From Candidatus Udaeobacter sp. (lineage in GTDB: Bacteria > Verrucomicrobiota > Verrucomicrobiia > Chthoniobacterales > UBA10450): DNA of 64,000 nucleotides. Shown here in pieces: positions 36,039-46,957 of this stretch. Position numbers and translations under genes: made by a program. The number at the start of each line of letters is the position of its first letter. Positions within the stretch are counted from its first letter, which is position 1. Under the pieces are notes generated by a model that made no database searches, was not told where the DNA came from, and worked only from the letters and a program-made list of their open reading frames with translations. The DNA lies in contig DATHHK010000059.1 of NCBI GenBank assembly GCA_035317225.1, positions 4,050 to 68,049 of the forward strand. Direction: 5' to 3'.

Positions 36039-36887
36039 CTAAAAATTGAATCCTACTTTCAGTCGAAACAATTGTCGCGTTTCCTCAGCGAAGGTTTGCC
36101 CATCGGCTGGCTCGTCTACACCCTTGCCGTAAACCTGATAGTTCCAGGTGAGCGTGGCCCACCAGCGTTCCTGCGAGTAATGGATGCTCGGACCAGCATA
36201 AAAAACGCGGTGCTCGAAGTTATTCAGGTCGAAAAGCGGATATTCCCATCGGGTATGAATTTCCACGCCCGCATACCAGTTTGGAGCAAAGCGATAAGCC
36301 ACACCAGCTGCGCCTTCGAAAGAGAGTTCTCTCGGATATTGCTCGGCTGGCTGTTTGCCCCAGGCCCATTCCGCGCCAAGATCGAGAGCGCAAATTAGCC
36401 GATCCTCCAGAAAGTCTTTTTGGAAATCGATCTCGGGTTTGATGTAGCGTTCATGTTGATCGAGCCCATCGACTTCATCGTGCAATAAATACCCCCCCTC
36501 CAATCGTAGTGCGATGCCAATGGGATCCTTAAACGGACTCAACAAGCGATATTTGGCCGAGCCTTCAAGTCCGCCAAAGCGATAAGCGTTGGTGTTGTCC
36601 AATGCATCGCGGTCGCCATCGACCCCCTTGTTGTAGAAATAATGTTGGATGAGCGAAAGGCTCGCCTGGAATTGATCGGTCACTCCATATTCGGCTTCCG
36701 TTTCGAAGTGAGTTCCGTAGTACGTCCCTTCGCTCTTTCCTTCGCCCAAAGTAACGAATTGATAAACCTCCCAACGGTGCGCAGGGAGTGTTTCCGCGCC
36801 GCGCACGAAACCGAAAAGTTGCTCATCTCCCCGCACGATAGAAACGCAACATAAAATCGCAGCGGTACACGCTAATCTCATTTTCAT
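36039..36887 (-). CDS. outer-membrane beta-barrel protein, unknown substrate
   Basis: ATG 36887 gives the signal peptide MKMRLACTAAILCCVSIVRG. The sequence has an alternating aromatic/hydrophilic strand pattern and the C-terminal ..FRLKVGFNF with terminal Phe typical of OMPs. Its stop lies 6 nt before the FMN-binding gene. Confidence 0.6.
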   Translation of the reverse strand: MKMRLACTAAILCCVSIVRGDEQLFGFVRGAETLPAHRWEVYQFVTLGEGKSEGTYYGTHFETEAEYGVTDQFQASLSLIQHYFYNKGVDGDRDALDNTNAYRFGGLEGSAKYRLLSPFKDPIGIALRLEGGYLLHDEVDGLDQHERYIKPEIDFQKDFLEDRLICALDLGAEWAWGKQPAEQYPRELSFEGAAGVAYRFAPNWYAGVEIHTRWEYPLFDLNNFEHRVFYAGPSIHYSQERWWATLTWNYQVYGKGVDEPADGQTFAEETRQLFRLKVGFNF

Positions 36888-36990
36888 CGCTATGATTTGT
36901 AACATCGCGCGATGTGTCCCGCTGCCGGATGCTTGCCAATTTTTGACGCTGGATTGCAGCGCAATCCAAGGCGCGCATAGCAACGCGCCG

Positions 36991-37536
36991 CTAACTGGAT
37001 TTTCGCGTGTCTTTCTCGACGTACCTGGCCAGCACCCAGCAGAGATCTGAGAGGCGATTTAGGTAACGTAAAATCTGAACGTTGATTTTCACATCGCTGA
37101 TGCTGAGCGCAGCAATATGCCGCTCGGCGCGGCGACACGTTGTCCGAGCGAAATCGAGAGCCGCAGAAACACGTGTCCCCCCGGGAATCACCCAGTCCTT
37201 CGGGTAAAGCGATTCGTCTTTCTCCAAATCGTCAATGACTGCAGAGACCCGATCGACCATCGCTGGCGTGGTGATTTGAAATCCATCTTTTGCGTAGCGC
37301 TCCTGATCGGCGGGCGCCGTTGCCAGCTCTCCCATGAGAACGATCAGATCCTTTTGCCCGGCTAAGATTTCATCGGAAATGAATTTGTCGGTCGCAATGG
37401 ATCGAGCCAAACCAAGCGCGGCAGTCAGCTCATCGATACAACCGTAAGCATCGACGCGCGCATCGCCCTTCGACACGCGACGGCCGTACATGAGGGATGT
37501 TTCGCCTTTATCGCCCGTTTTGGTGGCGATCGACAT
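36991..37536 (-). CDS. PduO-type ATP:cob(I)alamin adenosyltransferase
   Basis: MSIATKTGDKGETSLMYGRRVSKGDARVDAYGCIDELTAALG is the canonical N-terminus of the PduO/MMAB family. Confidence 0.85.
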   Translation of the reverse strand: MSIATKTGDKGETSLMYGRRVSKGDARVDAYGCIDELTAALGLARSIATDKFISDEILAGQKDLIVLMGELATAPADQERYAKDGFQITTPAMVDRVSAVIDDLEKDESLYPKDWVIPGGTRVSAALDFARTTCRRAERHIAALSISDVKINVQILRYLNRLSDLCWVLARYVEKDTRKSS

Positions 37537-37558
37537 AGCGATTTAGGTGGGATATTGG

Positions 37559-37619
37559 GGTGATGGAGTAAGGAAGTAATGGGATTTGTTCTCGCCCATC
37601 ACTCCATTACTCCACTACT
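37559..37619 (-). terminator. long imperfect hairpin (about 25-nt arms, 11-nt loop) 7 nt after the rpoC stop
   Basis: Arms are 37559-37583 and 37595-37619. One arm holds three tandem octamers TCACTCCA/TTACTCCA/CTACTCCA and the other arm holds their inverted counterparts. About 20 of 25 positions pair, counting G-U. There is no U-tract, so it may be a processing or stability element rather than a classical terminator. Confidence 0.45.
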
Positions 37620-37626
37620 CCATTCC

Positions 37627-40600
37627 TTACCCGATCGCCGGCTGCGGCTCGGCTTCTTCCATTACCGGCGCGCCAATCGGCTCACCTTTCTCGACCAGTT
37701 TGATCTCGCGGTGCTCAGGGAAACCAGTGCCGGCGGGAATCAAGTGACCCATGATCACGTTTTCCTTGAACCCGCGCAGTCTATCGACCTTACCTAGTGT
37801 GGCCGCCTCCGTAAGAACGCGAGTTGTATCCTGGAACGAGGCAGCGGAAATAAAGCTGTCCGTTTCGAGTGAAGCCTTCGTGATGCCAAGTAAGACGGGA
37901 ACGGCTTCTGCCGGCTTGCCACCTTTCTCGACGACCTTCTTGTTTTCCTCTTCGAAGTCGAGTTTGTCGACCTGATCGCCCCAGAGCAACGACGTATCGC
38001 CAGGATCGGTAATCTTCACCTTGCGCAACATCTGACGCACGATGATTTCGATATGCTTGTCGTTGATCTCCACACCTTGTAGCCGATAGACTTCCTGGAC
38101 TTCGTTAACCAGGTGCTCCTGCAAATCCTGCGGTCCGCAGACCTCGAGGATCTCGTGAGGCACTACAGGGCCTTCGGTAAGTTGCTGACCTTTTTTCACG
38201 AAGTCGCCCTTAAACACGATAATATGTTTGGTAAGCGGGATCAGATGTTCTTCCTCGGCGCCGGTGTCGGGATCCTTTAAAATCAGGCGTCGCTTTCCGC
38301 GGACAGTACCGCCCATCTCAACCACGCCATCGATCTTGGCAATCTCAGCCGCGTCCTTCGGCCGGCGCGCTTCAAATAATTCGGCTACGCGCGGCAAACC
38401 TCCGGTGATGTCTTTGGTCTTCGCGACTTTCCGCGGCGTCTTTGCCAGCAATGCGCCACCTCGCACCTTTTGGCCTTCTTCCACGATGACGTGAGCGCCG
38501 GCCGGGATGGAGTAACTCGCGAGCACTTCTTTCTTGTCATCCACGATAACAATTTGTGGGTGCAAATCTTCCTTGTGCTCAATGATAACGGTGCCCATCA
38601 GGCCTGTGGCCTCATCGACGTCGCGTTTGATCGTGACACCCGCGATCATGTCGCGGAACTCGATTTTGCCACCTTTGTCGGTGAGAATCGGGACGTTGTA
38701 GGGGTCCCATTGAACAAAGGTTTCACCCTTCTTGACGTCGGTGCCGTCGCCTTTGGAAATCATTGAGCCGATCACCACGTTGTAGCGCTCAAGTTCGCGG
38801 CCTTCAGCGTTGTGCACGCTAATCGAACCGTTCTTGTTCAACGCGATCCAACTGCCGTCGAGCGCTTGGACAGTCCGCAGATCATTGAAGCGCACCGTGC
38901 CGTCGTTCTTCGCCTTGATAATCGGTTGCTTGAAGGTCTGGCTGGCAGTGCCGCCGATGTGGAATGTGCGCATCGTCAATTGCGTTCCCGGCTCACCAAT
39001 TGATTGGGCCGCAATGATACCTACCGCTTCGCCAAGCTTGACGAACTGGCCTGTAGCCAAATTCCGGCCATAACACATCGCGCACACACCGCGGCCGCAC
39101 TCGCACGTAAGAACCGAACGAATCTTCAAGCTCTCCACGCCGACACGCTGAAGCTCCGCTGCGATCTTTTCATCAATCAACTGATTCGCTTTGACGATCT
39201 TTTTCTTCTTGTCGACGGGGTCAGCGATCGTTTCGCAGCTTACGCGCCCGATAATGCGCTGGCCGAGGTCCACTACCTCCTCGTCGCCCTCGTAAATCGA
39301 GCGCACCACAATGCCGTTAACAGTACCGCAGTCCGGTTCGTTGATGATCACATCCTGTGCAGCATCGACCAGCTTGCGCGTTAGATATCCGGAGTCGGCA
39401 GTCTTCAACGCGGTATCTGCAAGACCTTTTCGAGCCCCGTGAGTAGAAATGAAGTACTCGAGCACGCTCAGTCCTTCGCGGAAGTTCGACGTGATCGGCC
39501 GCTCAATGATTTCGCCAGAAGGTTTGGCCATCAAACCGCGCATACCTGCTAGCTGACGAACCTGCTGGCGGTTACCGCGTGAACCGGAATCGACCATCAA
39601 GAAAACCGGATTCAACTCCTTGCGGCCGTCGTTGTGTTCCAGAGTGCGAAACATCGCACTGGAAATTTCGTCACCGGCGTGTGTCCAGATGTCGATGATC
39701 TTGTTGTAGCGTTCGCCGTCCGTGATAATGCCCTTGCGATATTGCTGCTCAACCTGTCGAATTTGCTTATAAGCATTCTCCAGCTCCGTCTCCTTCTCTT
39801 TTGGAATGATCATGTCCGAAATTCCAATTGAGATACCGGCTTTGGTGGCTTCGGCAAAGCCAAGCTCTTTCAGTTTGTCCAGCGTCGTAACGGTCTCTGC
39901 CGGTCCCGCGATTTGATAACAGCGCCAGATAATGTCGCTAAGTTGCTTCTTGCCCGCGGGTCTGTTGAAAAATCCAAGCTGTTTGGGCCAAATCTCGTTA
40001 AAAATAACACGGCCTGCAGTGGTTTCGAAGGTTCTGGCTTCCGCGTTTCCGTAGATTGTTTGCTTACCGAAATCGGGGTTCTTAAGCCGGATCCGATCAT
40101 GTGTGTGAACGCTTCTTTCTGCCATCGCAAATTCCACTTCCGTCGCGTCGGCGAACAATGGGAGGCGCTGGCCGTCCTTGCTCACACCGCGCGGGGTTTG
40201 GGTAAGGTAGTAACAGCCCAGCGTGATGTCTTGAGAAGGTGTGGTAATCGGCTTTCCGCTGGACGGCGAAAAAATGTTATTCGGCGCGAGCATCAGCATG
40301 CGTGCTTCCATCTGAGCTTCTACTGAGAGCGGCACATGCACGGCCATCTGGTCGCCGTCGAAGTCCGCATTATAAGCGGTGCAAACCAGCGGATGAATTC
40401 GAATGGCTTCGCCCTCGATCAATTGAGGTTCAAAAGCCTGAATGGACAATCGGTGCAGAGTAGGCGCACGATTGAGCAGCACCGGATGACCTTTGGTCAC
40501 TTCATCGAGAATATCCCAGACCTCCGGCGTCTGACGCTCGATCATCTTTTTCGCGCTGCGCACGGTGTGCACGTAGCCGAGGTCTTTAAGCCGGCGAATG

Positions 40601-41745
40601 ATAAATGGTTCGAAAAGCACAAGCGCCATCTTCTTCGGTAATCCGCATTGCTGCAGCTTCAGCTCCGGACCGATCACAATTACGGAACGGCCTGAGTAAT
40701 CGACGCGTTTGCCAAGCAGATTTTGGCGGAAACGTCCACCCTTCCCCTTGAGCATGTCGCTCAGTGACTTGAGAGGCCGATTGCCAGCGCCAGTTACAGC
40801 ACGGCCATGTCTGCCATTATCGAACAATGCATCCACCGCCTCCTGCAACATTCGCTTTTCATTGCGAATGATGACGTCCGGCGTCTTGAGCATGAGCAGG
40901 TTTTTTAACCGGTTGTTACGGTTAATAACCCTACGATAAAGATCGTTCAGATCCGACGTGGCGAAACGTCCACCTTCGAGCGGAACCAGAGGTCGTAAAT
41001 CCGGTGGAATAACCGGCAATACATCCAGAATCATCCATTCGGGACGCGCATGCGAATTTTGGAAGCCTTGGATGAGCTTGAGACGCTTCGCCAGTTTCTT
41101 GCGAATCTGTTTGCTCTTGGTCGCGCCCATCGCTTTCTCAAGCTCCTTGTTGAGCTTGTTGAGATCGATCTCGGCCAGAAGCTTTCTAATTGCGTCCGCA
41201 CCCATCCCGGCAACGAAATCCTCCCCGTACTGCTCCTGCGCCTCGCGGTATTCGACTTCGTTCAGCAGCTGTGTCTTCTGTAATGGCGTCTTGCCCGGAT
41301 CGATGACGATATAATCCTCATAATAAATGACGCGCTCGAGTTGGCGTGCGCTCATGTCTAGCATGAGCCCGATGCGCGAGGGCATACATTTGTAAAACCA
41401 GATGTGCGAGACCGGCACAGCTAATTCGATGTGGCCCATGCGTTCGCGACGGACGCGAGCCAGCGTAACTTCCACGCCGCAACGGTCGCAGATGACGCCC
41501 TTATGTTTAATACGCTTGTATTTTCCGCATGAGCATTCCCAATCGCGCGTGGGACCAAAAATGCGTTCACAGAAAAGGCCGCCTTTCTCCGGTTTAAAGG
41601 TCCGGTAATTGATTGTCTCGGGATTTTTGACTTCTCCTTTGCTCCACGAGCGCATCGTGTCACTCGACGCGACGCCAATCGCGACTTGATCAAAACCCAC
41701 GGGGCGTTCTTCGCCCACTAACTCACGCCAGGAATGTTCGTTCAT
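37627..41745 (-). CDS. rpoC: DNA-directed RNA polymerase subunit beta'
   Basis: 1372 aa with the NADFDGDQM catalytic motif and a zinc-binding CxCGKY..C..CGVE N-terminus. Confidence 0.98.
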   Translation of the reverse strand: MNEHSWRELVGEERPVGFDQVAIGVASSDTMRSWSKGEVKNPETINYRTFKPEKGGLFCERIFGPTRDWECSCGKYKRIKHKGVICDRCGVEVTLARVRRERMGHIELAVPVSHIWFYKCMPSRIGLMLDMSARQLERVIYYEDYIVIDPGKTPLQKTQLLNEVEYREAQEQYGEDFVAGMGADAIRKLLAEIDLNKLNKELEKAMGATKSKQIRKKLAKRLKLIQGFQNSHARPEWMILDVLPVIPPDLRPLVPLEGGRFATSDLNDLYRRVINRNNRLKNLLMLKTPDVIIRNEKRMLQEAVDALFDNGRHGRAVTGAGNRPLKSLSDMLKGKGGRFRQNLLGKRVDYSGRSVIVIGPELKLQQCGLPKKMALVLFEPFIIRRLKDLGYVHTVRSAKKMIERQTPEVWDILDEVTKGHPVLLNRAPTLHRLSIQAFEPQLIEGEAIRIHPLVCTAYNADFDGDQMAVHVPLSVEAQMEARMLMLAPNNIFSPSSGKPITTPSQDITLGCYYLTQTPRGVSKDGQRLPLFADATEVEFAMAERSVHTHDRIRLKNPDFGKQTIYGNAEARTFETTAGRVIFNEIWPKQLGFFNRPAGKKQLSDIIWRCYQIAGPAETVTTLDKLKELGFAEATKAGISIGISDMIIPKEKETELENAYKQIRQVEQQYRKGIITDGERYNKIIDIWTHAGDEISSAMFRTLEHNDGRKELNPVFLMVDSGSRGNRQQVRQLAGMRGLMAKPSGEIIERPITSNFREGLSVLEYFISTHGARKGLADTALKTADSGYLTRKLVDAAQDVIINEPDCGTVNGIVVRSIYEGDEEVVDLGQRIIGRVSCETIADPVDKKKKIVKANQLIDEKIAAELQRVGVESLKIRSVLTCECGRGVCAMCYGRNLATGQFVKLGEAVGIIAAQSIGEPGTQLTMRTFHIGGTASQTFKQPIIKAKNDGTVRFNDLRTVQALDGSWIALNKNGSISVHNAEGRELERYNVVIGSMISKGDGTDVKKGETFVQWDPYNVPILTDKGGKIEFRDMIAGVTIKRDVDEATGLMGTVIIEHKEDLHPQIVIVDDKKEVLASYSIPAGAHVIVEEGQKVRGGALLAKTPRKVAKTKDITGGLPRVAELFEARRPKDAAEIAKIDGVVEMGGTVRGKRRLILKDPDTGAEEEHLIPLTKHIIVFKGDFVKKGQQLTEGPVVPHEILEVCGPQDLQEHLVNEVQEVYRLQGVEINDKHIEIIVRQMLRKVKITDPGDTSLLWGDQVDKLDFEEENKKVVEKGGKPAEAVPVLLGITKASLETDSFISAASFQDTTRVLTEAATLGKVDRLRGFKENVIMGHLIPAGTGFPEHREIKLVEKGEPIGAPVMEEAEPQPAIG

Positions 41746-41775
41746 GTTTTTTCCAAATAATTTACAATTTAAAAA

Positions 41776-44700
41776 TTATGCGACGCTCTCCAGAAACGTA
41801 GGCGCCTGGCCGCCGACCTTGACGTCGAGGCCCAGGCTCTGCATTTCCTTGATCAGAACGTTGAAAGACTCAGGTGTACCCGCTTCTAGCGAGTTATCGC
41901 CCTTCACAATCGACTCATAAATCCGGGTCCGCCCTTGCACGTCATCGGATTTAACAGTGAGCAGTTCCTGTAAAGTATAGGCAGCTCCGTACGCTTCGAG
42001 AGCCCACACTTCCATTTCGCCAAAACGCTGGCCACCATATTGCGCCTTACCGCCGAGCGGTTGTTGAGTGACGAGCGAATACGGTCCAACTGCACGAGCG
42101 TGAATCTTGTCAGCCACCAGGTGTCCCAGCTTCATCATATAGATGTAGCCGACCACCACTTCCTGATCGAAAGGATCGCCGGTGCGTCCGTCGAAAAGCT
42201 TTGCTTTGCCGCTTTCCTGTACCCAGGTGAATCCCTCCTTCTTTCGGGCGTCATGCAAATATTCGCGAATCTGTTTTTCTTTAATTCCGTCGAACACCGG
42301 AGTCGCCACTTTGAATCCCAGTGCCTTCGCAGCAACGCCCAGGTGCGTCTCCAAAACTTGCCCCACATTCATACGGCTGGGCACACCTAATGGATTGAGC
42401 ACAATTTCCACCGGCGTCCCGTCTGCAAGAAAAGGCATGTCTTCTTCAGGCACGATGCGGGCGACAACCCCTTTATTTCCGTGGCGACCGGCCATCTTAT
42501 CGCCCACGCTCAGTTTGCGCTTGCTTGCGATGTAAACCTTGACCTGCTTGATGATTCCCGGGTCGATATCGTCACCGCTTTCCACGCGGTCCATGGCGCG
42601 ATCGCGTTCGAGTTCGAGCTCCGCGAACTTGTGCTCGTAAGCGCCAATGATTTCGCGGATCTTATTGCGAATCGGGCTCGGATCTATCTCGACGTGATCG
42701 TGTGCCGTAGCCAGCTTTCGCAAAAGCGTTTTGGTGATCTTGCGATTGGCTGGAATGATGATTTCACCGTTCTTGGCGTTTACGACATCCAGCGGAACTT
42801 TTTCGCCGAGCAAAACGTTTGAAAGCGAATCCGTCAATTGCTCGACTAGCCCGTCTTTCTTGCGCTTATGTTCTTCGCTGATGGTTTTAAGTTGTCGTCT
42901 GGTTTCCGCCGGGGTCAGTTTTTCGCGCGAAACCTCGCGACGGGATGAGACCTTTACATCCATCACAATTCCGTAGGTCCCCGAGGGAACGGTAAGCGAC
43001 GTGTCCTTTACGTCCGCTGCTTTCTCACCAAAAATTGCACGCAACAGGCGTTCTTCCGGCGCCAGTTCGGTTTCACTCTTTGGCGTAATCTTGCCAACCA
43101 GAATGTCGCCCGGCTTCACTTCCGCTCCCACACGAACGACCCCATCAGGCCCCAGATTGCGGAGAGCCTCTTCGCTGACGTTGGGAATGTCGCGCGTAAT
43201 TTCTTCCGGTCCGAGCTTCGTGTCTCGCGCGCCAATCTCGAATTCATCGATGTGGATCGAGGTATAGACGTCCTCCTTGACCACTTTCTCCGAGATCATG
43301 ATGGCATCTTCAAAGTTGTATCCGTTCCAAGGCATAAACGCGACGAGCACATTGCGTCCCAGAGCCAGCTCACCGTGCTCGGTGTTTGGACCGTCAGCGA
43401 TGACTTGACCGCGTTTCACGTGCTGCCCTTTGCGCACAATCGGTTTCTGGTTCACACACGTGCCGGCATTTGACCGCATGAATTTGCGGAGCTCATAAAC
43501 ATGAATCCCAGCCTCCGGATCGTTCTTCAGCTTCTTCTTGGTCTCGGGAAGATGACCATCTTTCGTGACGATGATTTGATCTGCCGTAACCGAAGCGACC
43601 TTGCCGCTCTCGGTTGCCAGGACAACCGCGTGAGAATCTCGCGCCACTTTCTCTTCCAAGCCCGTGCCCACGAGCGGCGCCTCGGAAACAACGAGAGGAA
43701 CGCCCTGACGTTGCATGTTTGAGCCCATCAAAGCCCGGTTTGCGTCATCGTGTTCGAGGAACGGAATAAGACCCGCCGCCACCGACACAAGCTGTTTCGG
43801 CGAGACGTCCATGTAGTTCACCTTGGAAGGATCGACTTCAAGAAAGTCGCCGCGGTAGCGCACGGATACTTTCTCTCCCGTGAAATGTCCCCGTCCGTCG
43901 ACAGGCGCATTGGCCTGCGCAACGAGAAAATTCTCTTCGCGATCAGCAGTGAGATATTCGATTTCATCCATCACCCGGCCCTTTTCCACTTTGCGATAGG
44001 GCGTTTCGATAAAGCCGAACTCATTGATGCGCGCGAAAGTGCTCATCGAGCTAATAAGGCCGATGTTCGGACCTTCCGGCGTCTCAATCGGACAAATGCG
44101 CCCGTAATGAGATGGGTGAACGTCACGCACTTCGAAGCCGGCACGCTCACGGCTGAGACCACCAGGGCCAAGAGCCGACAAACGGCGCTTATGCGTTAAC
44201 TCTGCAAGTGGATTCGTTTGATCCATGAACTGCGAGAGCTGTGACCGCCCAAAGAAATCGCGAATCACCGCACTGAGCGCTTTTGGATTGATCAGCTTCT
44301 GGGGCGTCATGCCGTCCACATTGATGTCGAACAGAGTCATGCGCTCCTTGACCAGGCGCTCTGTACGGGCAAGGCCGACACGGCACTGGTTCGCCAATAA
44401 TTCACCAACAGTGCGCACACGACGGCTGCCCAGATGATCGATATCATCGAGAGTGCCTTCGCCCCGCCGCAGATTGATCAGGTATTTGATTGCAGCGATA
44501 AAATCTTTGTCCGTTAGAATCCGCTCGGTAGAATCAACGTTGATTCCGAGCTTTTGATTGATCTTGTAACGGCCGACACGCCCGAGGTCGTACTTCTTCG
44601 GGTCAAAGAAGAGCCTTTTTAGCAAAGCGCGCGCATTGGCCACGGTCGGCGGATCGCCAGGGCGAAGACGCCGGTAAATGTCTTTGAGTGCCTCTTCCTG

Positions 44701-45570
44701 GTCGTGCGCCGGGTCTTTTCGAAGCGCCTTAACGATGGTGTCATCGTTCGAGATGTCGATCACTTTCACATCGTGAATTTTTAGCGCCATGATCTGGCGG
44801 ACAGTCGCCAGAGTAAGGGGTTCGAAAGCGCGGGCGACCGTCACCTCGCCGTCGCGGATCTCCGCAGTCAGTACTTTGGTGGCTAGCTTCTCTTCGTCGA
44901 GTTTGTCGCTCAGCTTCAGGGTCTCGATATTGTAAAAAAGTTTGATGACGTCTTCGTCGGATCCGTAGCCAAGGGCGCGAAGGAATGTAGTGGCAAGAAA
45001 CTTCCGCCGTCGTTTGCGGCGATCGAGATAAATGTAAAGGAGGTCAGCAGTATCAAATTGGACCTCAATCCATGATCCCCGATCTGGAATGATCCGGAAG
45101 CTATAGAGGACTTTCCCGTTTACGTGGATGGTAGATTCAAAGGCGATCCCCGGAGAGCGGTGCAATTGACTTACTACGACGCGCTCTGCGCCATTGATGA
45201 CGAAGGTCCCCTGCGGAGTCATCAACGGGATTTCGCCCATATAAACTTTCTCTTCTTTTGTGCCTTTTTCTTCGCGCAATTGGAACGTGACATGCAACGG
45301 CGCGCTGTAAGTCTGTCCTTCCCGCTGTGCCTCCAAAGCGCTTAATTTGGGGTCGCCAATCTCATAGTGGCTGAAATCGAGCACTGCTTTTTCGTCATAG
45401 CTCTCGATTGGAAAGACCTCCTTGAAAACAGCTTGGAGTCCCTGATTTTTTCGCTTGGAAAAAGAGAGGTCTTTTTGAAGGAAATCAACGTACGAGTTCG
45501 CCTGAACTTCAATTAGATTCGGCGGTTCGATCCCTTCCTTGATGCTTCCAAAGTAAATACGTTCCGACAT
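41776..45570 (-). CDS. rpoB: DNA-directed RNA polymerase subunit beta
   Basis: 1264 aa with conserved blocks (..GRHGNKGV.., ..[16 protein letters not shown]..). It sits 30 nt upstream of rpoC. Confidence 0.98.
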   Translation of the reverse strand: MSERIYFGSIKEGIEPPNLIEVQANSYVDFLQKDLSFSKRKNQGLQAVFKEVFPIESYDEKAVLDFSHYEIGDPKLSALEAQREGQTYSAPLHVTFQLREEKGTKEEKVYMGEIPLMTPQGTFVINGAERVVVSQLHRSPGIAFESTIHVNGKVLYSFRIIPDRGSWIEVQFDTADLLYIYLDRRKRRRKFLATTFLRALGYGSDEDVIKLFYNIETLKLSDKLDEEKLATKVLTAEIRDGEVTVARAFEPLTLATVRQIMALKIHDVKVIDISNDDTIVKALRKDPAHDQEEALKDIYRRLRPGDPPTVANARALLKRLFFDPKKYDLGRVGRYKINQKLGINVDSTERILTDKDFIAAIKYLINLRRGEGTLDDIDHLGSRRVRTVGELLANQCRVGLARTERLVKERMTLFDINVDGMTPQKLINPKALSAVIRDFFGRSQLSQFMDQTNPLAELTHKRRLSALGPGGLSRERAGFEVRDVHPSHYGRICPIETPEGPNIGLISSMSTFARINEFGFIETPYRKVEKGRVMDEIEYLTADREENFLVAQANAPVDGRGHFTGEKVSVRYRGDFLEVDPSKVNYMDVSPKQLVSVAAGLIPFLEHDDANRALMGSNMQRQGVPLVVSEAPLVGTGLEEKVARDSHAVVLATESGKVASVTADQIIVTKDGHLPETKKKLKNDPEAGIHVYELRKFMRSNAGTCVNQKPIVRKGQHVKRGQVIADGPNTEHGELALGRNVLVAFMPWNGYNFEDAIMISEKVVKEDVYTSIHIDEFEIGARDTKLGPEEITRDIPNVSEEALRNLGPDGVVRVGAEVKPGDILVGKITPKSETELAPEERLLRAIFGEKAADVKDTSLTVPSGTYGIVMDVKVSSRREVSREKLTPAETRRQLKTISEEHKRKKDGLVEQLTDSLSNVLLGEKVPLDVVNAKNGEIIIPANRKITKTLLRKLATAHDHVEIDPSPIRNKIREIIGAYEHKFAELELERDRAMDRVESGDDIDPGIIKQVKVYIASKRKLSVGDKMAGRHGNKGVVARIVPEEDMPFLADGTPVEIVLNPLGVPSRMNVGQVLETHLGVAAKALGFKVATPVFDGIKEKQIREYLHDARKKEGFTWVQESGKAKLFDGRTGDPFDQEVVVGYIYMMKLGHLVADKIHARAVGPYSLVTQQPLGGKAQYGGQRFGEMEVWALEAYGAAYTLQELLTVKSDDVQGRTRIYESIVKGDNSLEAGTPESFNVLIKEMQSLGLDVKVGGQAPTFLESVA

Positions 45571-45894
45571 AAATCACTAGCCAAGAATTAGCCTCGCAAC
45601 GTCCACCCCTGGTGGACGAAACGGGCAAGGTTTTACGGGCTCAGCAACGAGCGAAGAGCACAAAAATGCATCCAAAGCAGCGGCTTGTCAAATTCACCAC
45701 CGTTTTGCGTGCCTTTTTTGTGCTTTGCCGTTGAACGCCGGGTTAAAAATAAGTTCTACCTGCCTCTAACCAGAATACAACACTAGTCTGAAATTTCCGC
45801 TCCGCAAGGAAAATCTGCGGTGGACGATCCATAAATCATCCGCCTCAATTACTGATCGTAACTAAATAATCCCGACCGCCCGACGTGGTCACGT

Positions 45895-46284
45895 TTATTT
45901 AATTTCAACCTTTGCACCGGCGGCCTCAATTTTTTTCTTGATCTCGTCCGCCTCTTCCTTTGTCACGCCTTCTTTGATTGTCTTGGGGGCGCCTTCCACA
46001 AGCGCCTTAGCTTCCGCAAGGCCAAGTCCCGGCACCGCACCGCGGACCTCCTTGATCACGGCAATCTTGTTCGAGCCCATCTCTTTCAAGATCACGTCAA
46101 AGGTAGTCTTCTCCTCCGCTGCTGGAGCCGCTCCGCCAGCCGCGCCGGCTGCGGGACCAGCCGCCACTGCCACCGGCGCCGCTGCGCTTACACCCCACTT
46201 TTCTTCCAGTTGCTTGACCAATCCTGCAATCTCCAGCACCGACAGGCTGCTGAGTTGCTCCACTAATTTATCTGTCTCTGCCAT
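45895..46284 (-). CDS. rplL: 50S ribosomal protein L7/L12
   Basis: 129 aa with an Ala/Pro hinge and a C-terminal domain ..[28 protein letters not shown].. Confidence 0.95.
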   Translation of the reverse strand: MAETDKLVEQLSSLSVLEIAGLVKQLEEKWGVSAAAPVAVAAGPAAGAAGGAAPAAEEKTTFDVILKEMGSNKIAVIKEVRGAVPGLGLAEAKALVEGAPKTIKEGVTKEEADEIKKKIEAAGAKVEIK

Positions 46285-46293
46285 TTCTTATTT

Positions 46294-46298
46294 CCTCC
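46294..46298 (-). promoter_or_regulatory. Shine-Dalgarno of rplL
   Basis: GGAGG lies 9 nt upstream of the rplL ATG (GGAGGAAATAAGAAATG). It is one of the few strong SD sequences in the window. Confidence 0.6.
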
Positions 46299-46307
46299 AA
46301 TTGCCGA

Positions 46308-46349
46308 TTCCGAAAGCCTTCGGAAAATTAAGGCCAGTGGCCACTGGCC
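46308..46349 (-). other. two perfect hairpins in the rplJ-rplL spacer
   Basis: TTCCGAA-agcc-TTCGGAA (46308-46325) and the 18-nt palindrome GGCCAGTGGCCACTGGCC (46332-46349). In sense orientation the latter is followed by UUAAUUUU. Confidence 0.4.
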
Positions 46350-46401
46350 CGGACAGTTTTTGTTCACTTCCCGTCCCGCCATTGCGAGCGGAAAAACTAT
46401 T

Positions 46402-46935
46402 TTATGCCGTCGCTTGTGCGGACGCGCCCTCCTTTTCTGCCTTTGCCTTCAATAGCCGTGCCAACGCAGAGCCTGGTTCATTCAGCAAGCGCACCAAGCG
46501 TGTTGCCGGGGACAAGAGTAGGCCGAGCAATTGCGCCTGCAAAACTTCGCGCGCCGGCAGATCCGCCAACTTCTCCAATTCCGCGGCCGAAAGAACAGTC
46601 CGGTCGACAAAACCAATCTTCAGCGCTGCGATTTTGAATTCAGCCGCAAACGTCTTGAAAATTTTGGCCACGGGCGCCACATCGTTCTCACCTGTCACAA
46701 CGGCTGTCTGACCAGTCAGGTTCTCGCCCGCATCAGGAAAACCAGAATCGGTCATGGCACGTTTGAGGAAATTATTCTTCACGACGTGCATCTCCGCGCC
46801 GGCTGGAGCCAGCCGGTTCCGCAGTTCACTAAAATCGATGACCTTCATGCGCTGGTAGTCAGTTACGAGCACGAAGGGAGAGCGTTTCAACTTCTCGGAA
46901 AGATCGGAAACGACGCTGGTTTTTTCTGGTCTCAT
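46402..46935 (-). CDS. rplJ: 50S ribosomal protein L10
   Basis: MRPEKTSVVSDLSEKLKRSPFVLVTDYQRMKV.. ATG 46935 is preferred; the ORF-track start at 46965 would overlap rplA. Confidence 0.9.
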   Translation of the reverse strand: MRPEKTSVVSDLSEKLKRSPFVLVTDYQRMKVIDFSELRNRLAPAGAEMHVVKNNFLKRAMTDSGFPDAGENLTGQTAVVTGENDVAPVAKIFKTFAAEFKIAALKIGFVDRTVLSAAELEKLADLPAREVLQAQLLGLLLSPATRLVRLLNEPGSALARLLKAKAEKEGASAQATA

Positions 46936-46957
46936 TTTATTTATTGCGTCTTTAAGA

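Noticed and set aside
37537-37626. Cobalamin riboswitch upstream of the PduO-type adenosyltransferase
   Set aside because: The element is a simple 61-nt hairpin. It is far too short and lacks anything resembling the conserved B12-box core.
37751-45345. Numerous 60-150-aa ORFs on both strands within rpoB and rpoC
   Set aside because: They sit inside two of the most conserved bacterial genes and show no independent signals.
45938-46711. 257-aa Ala/Pro/Ser-rich plus-strand ORF
   Set aside because: It is antisense to rplL and rplJ. Its composition mirrors the Ala-rich L7/L12 codons.
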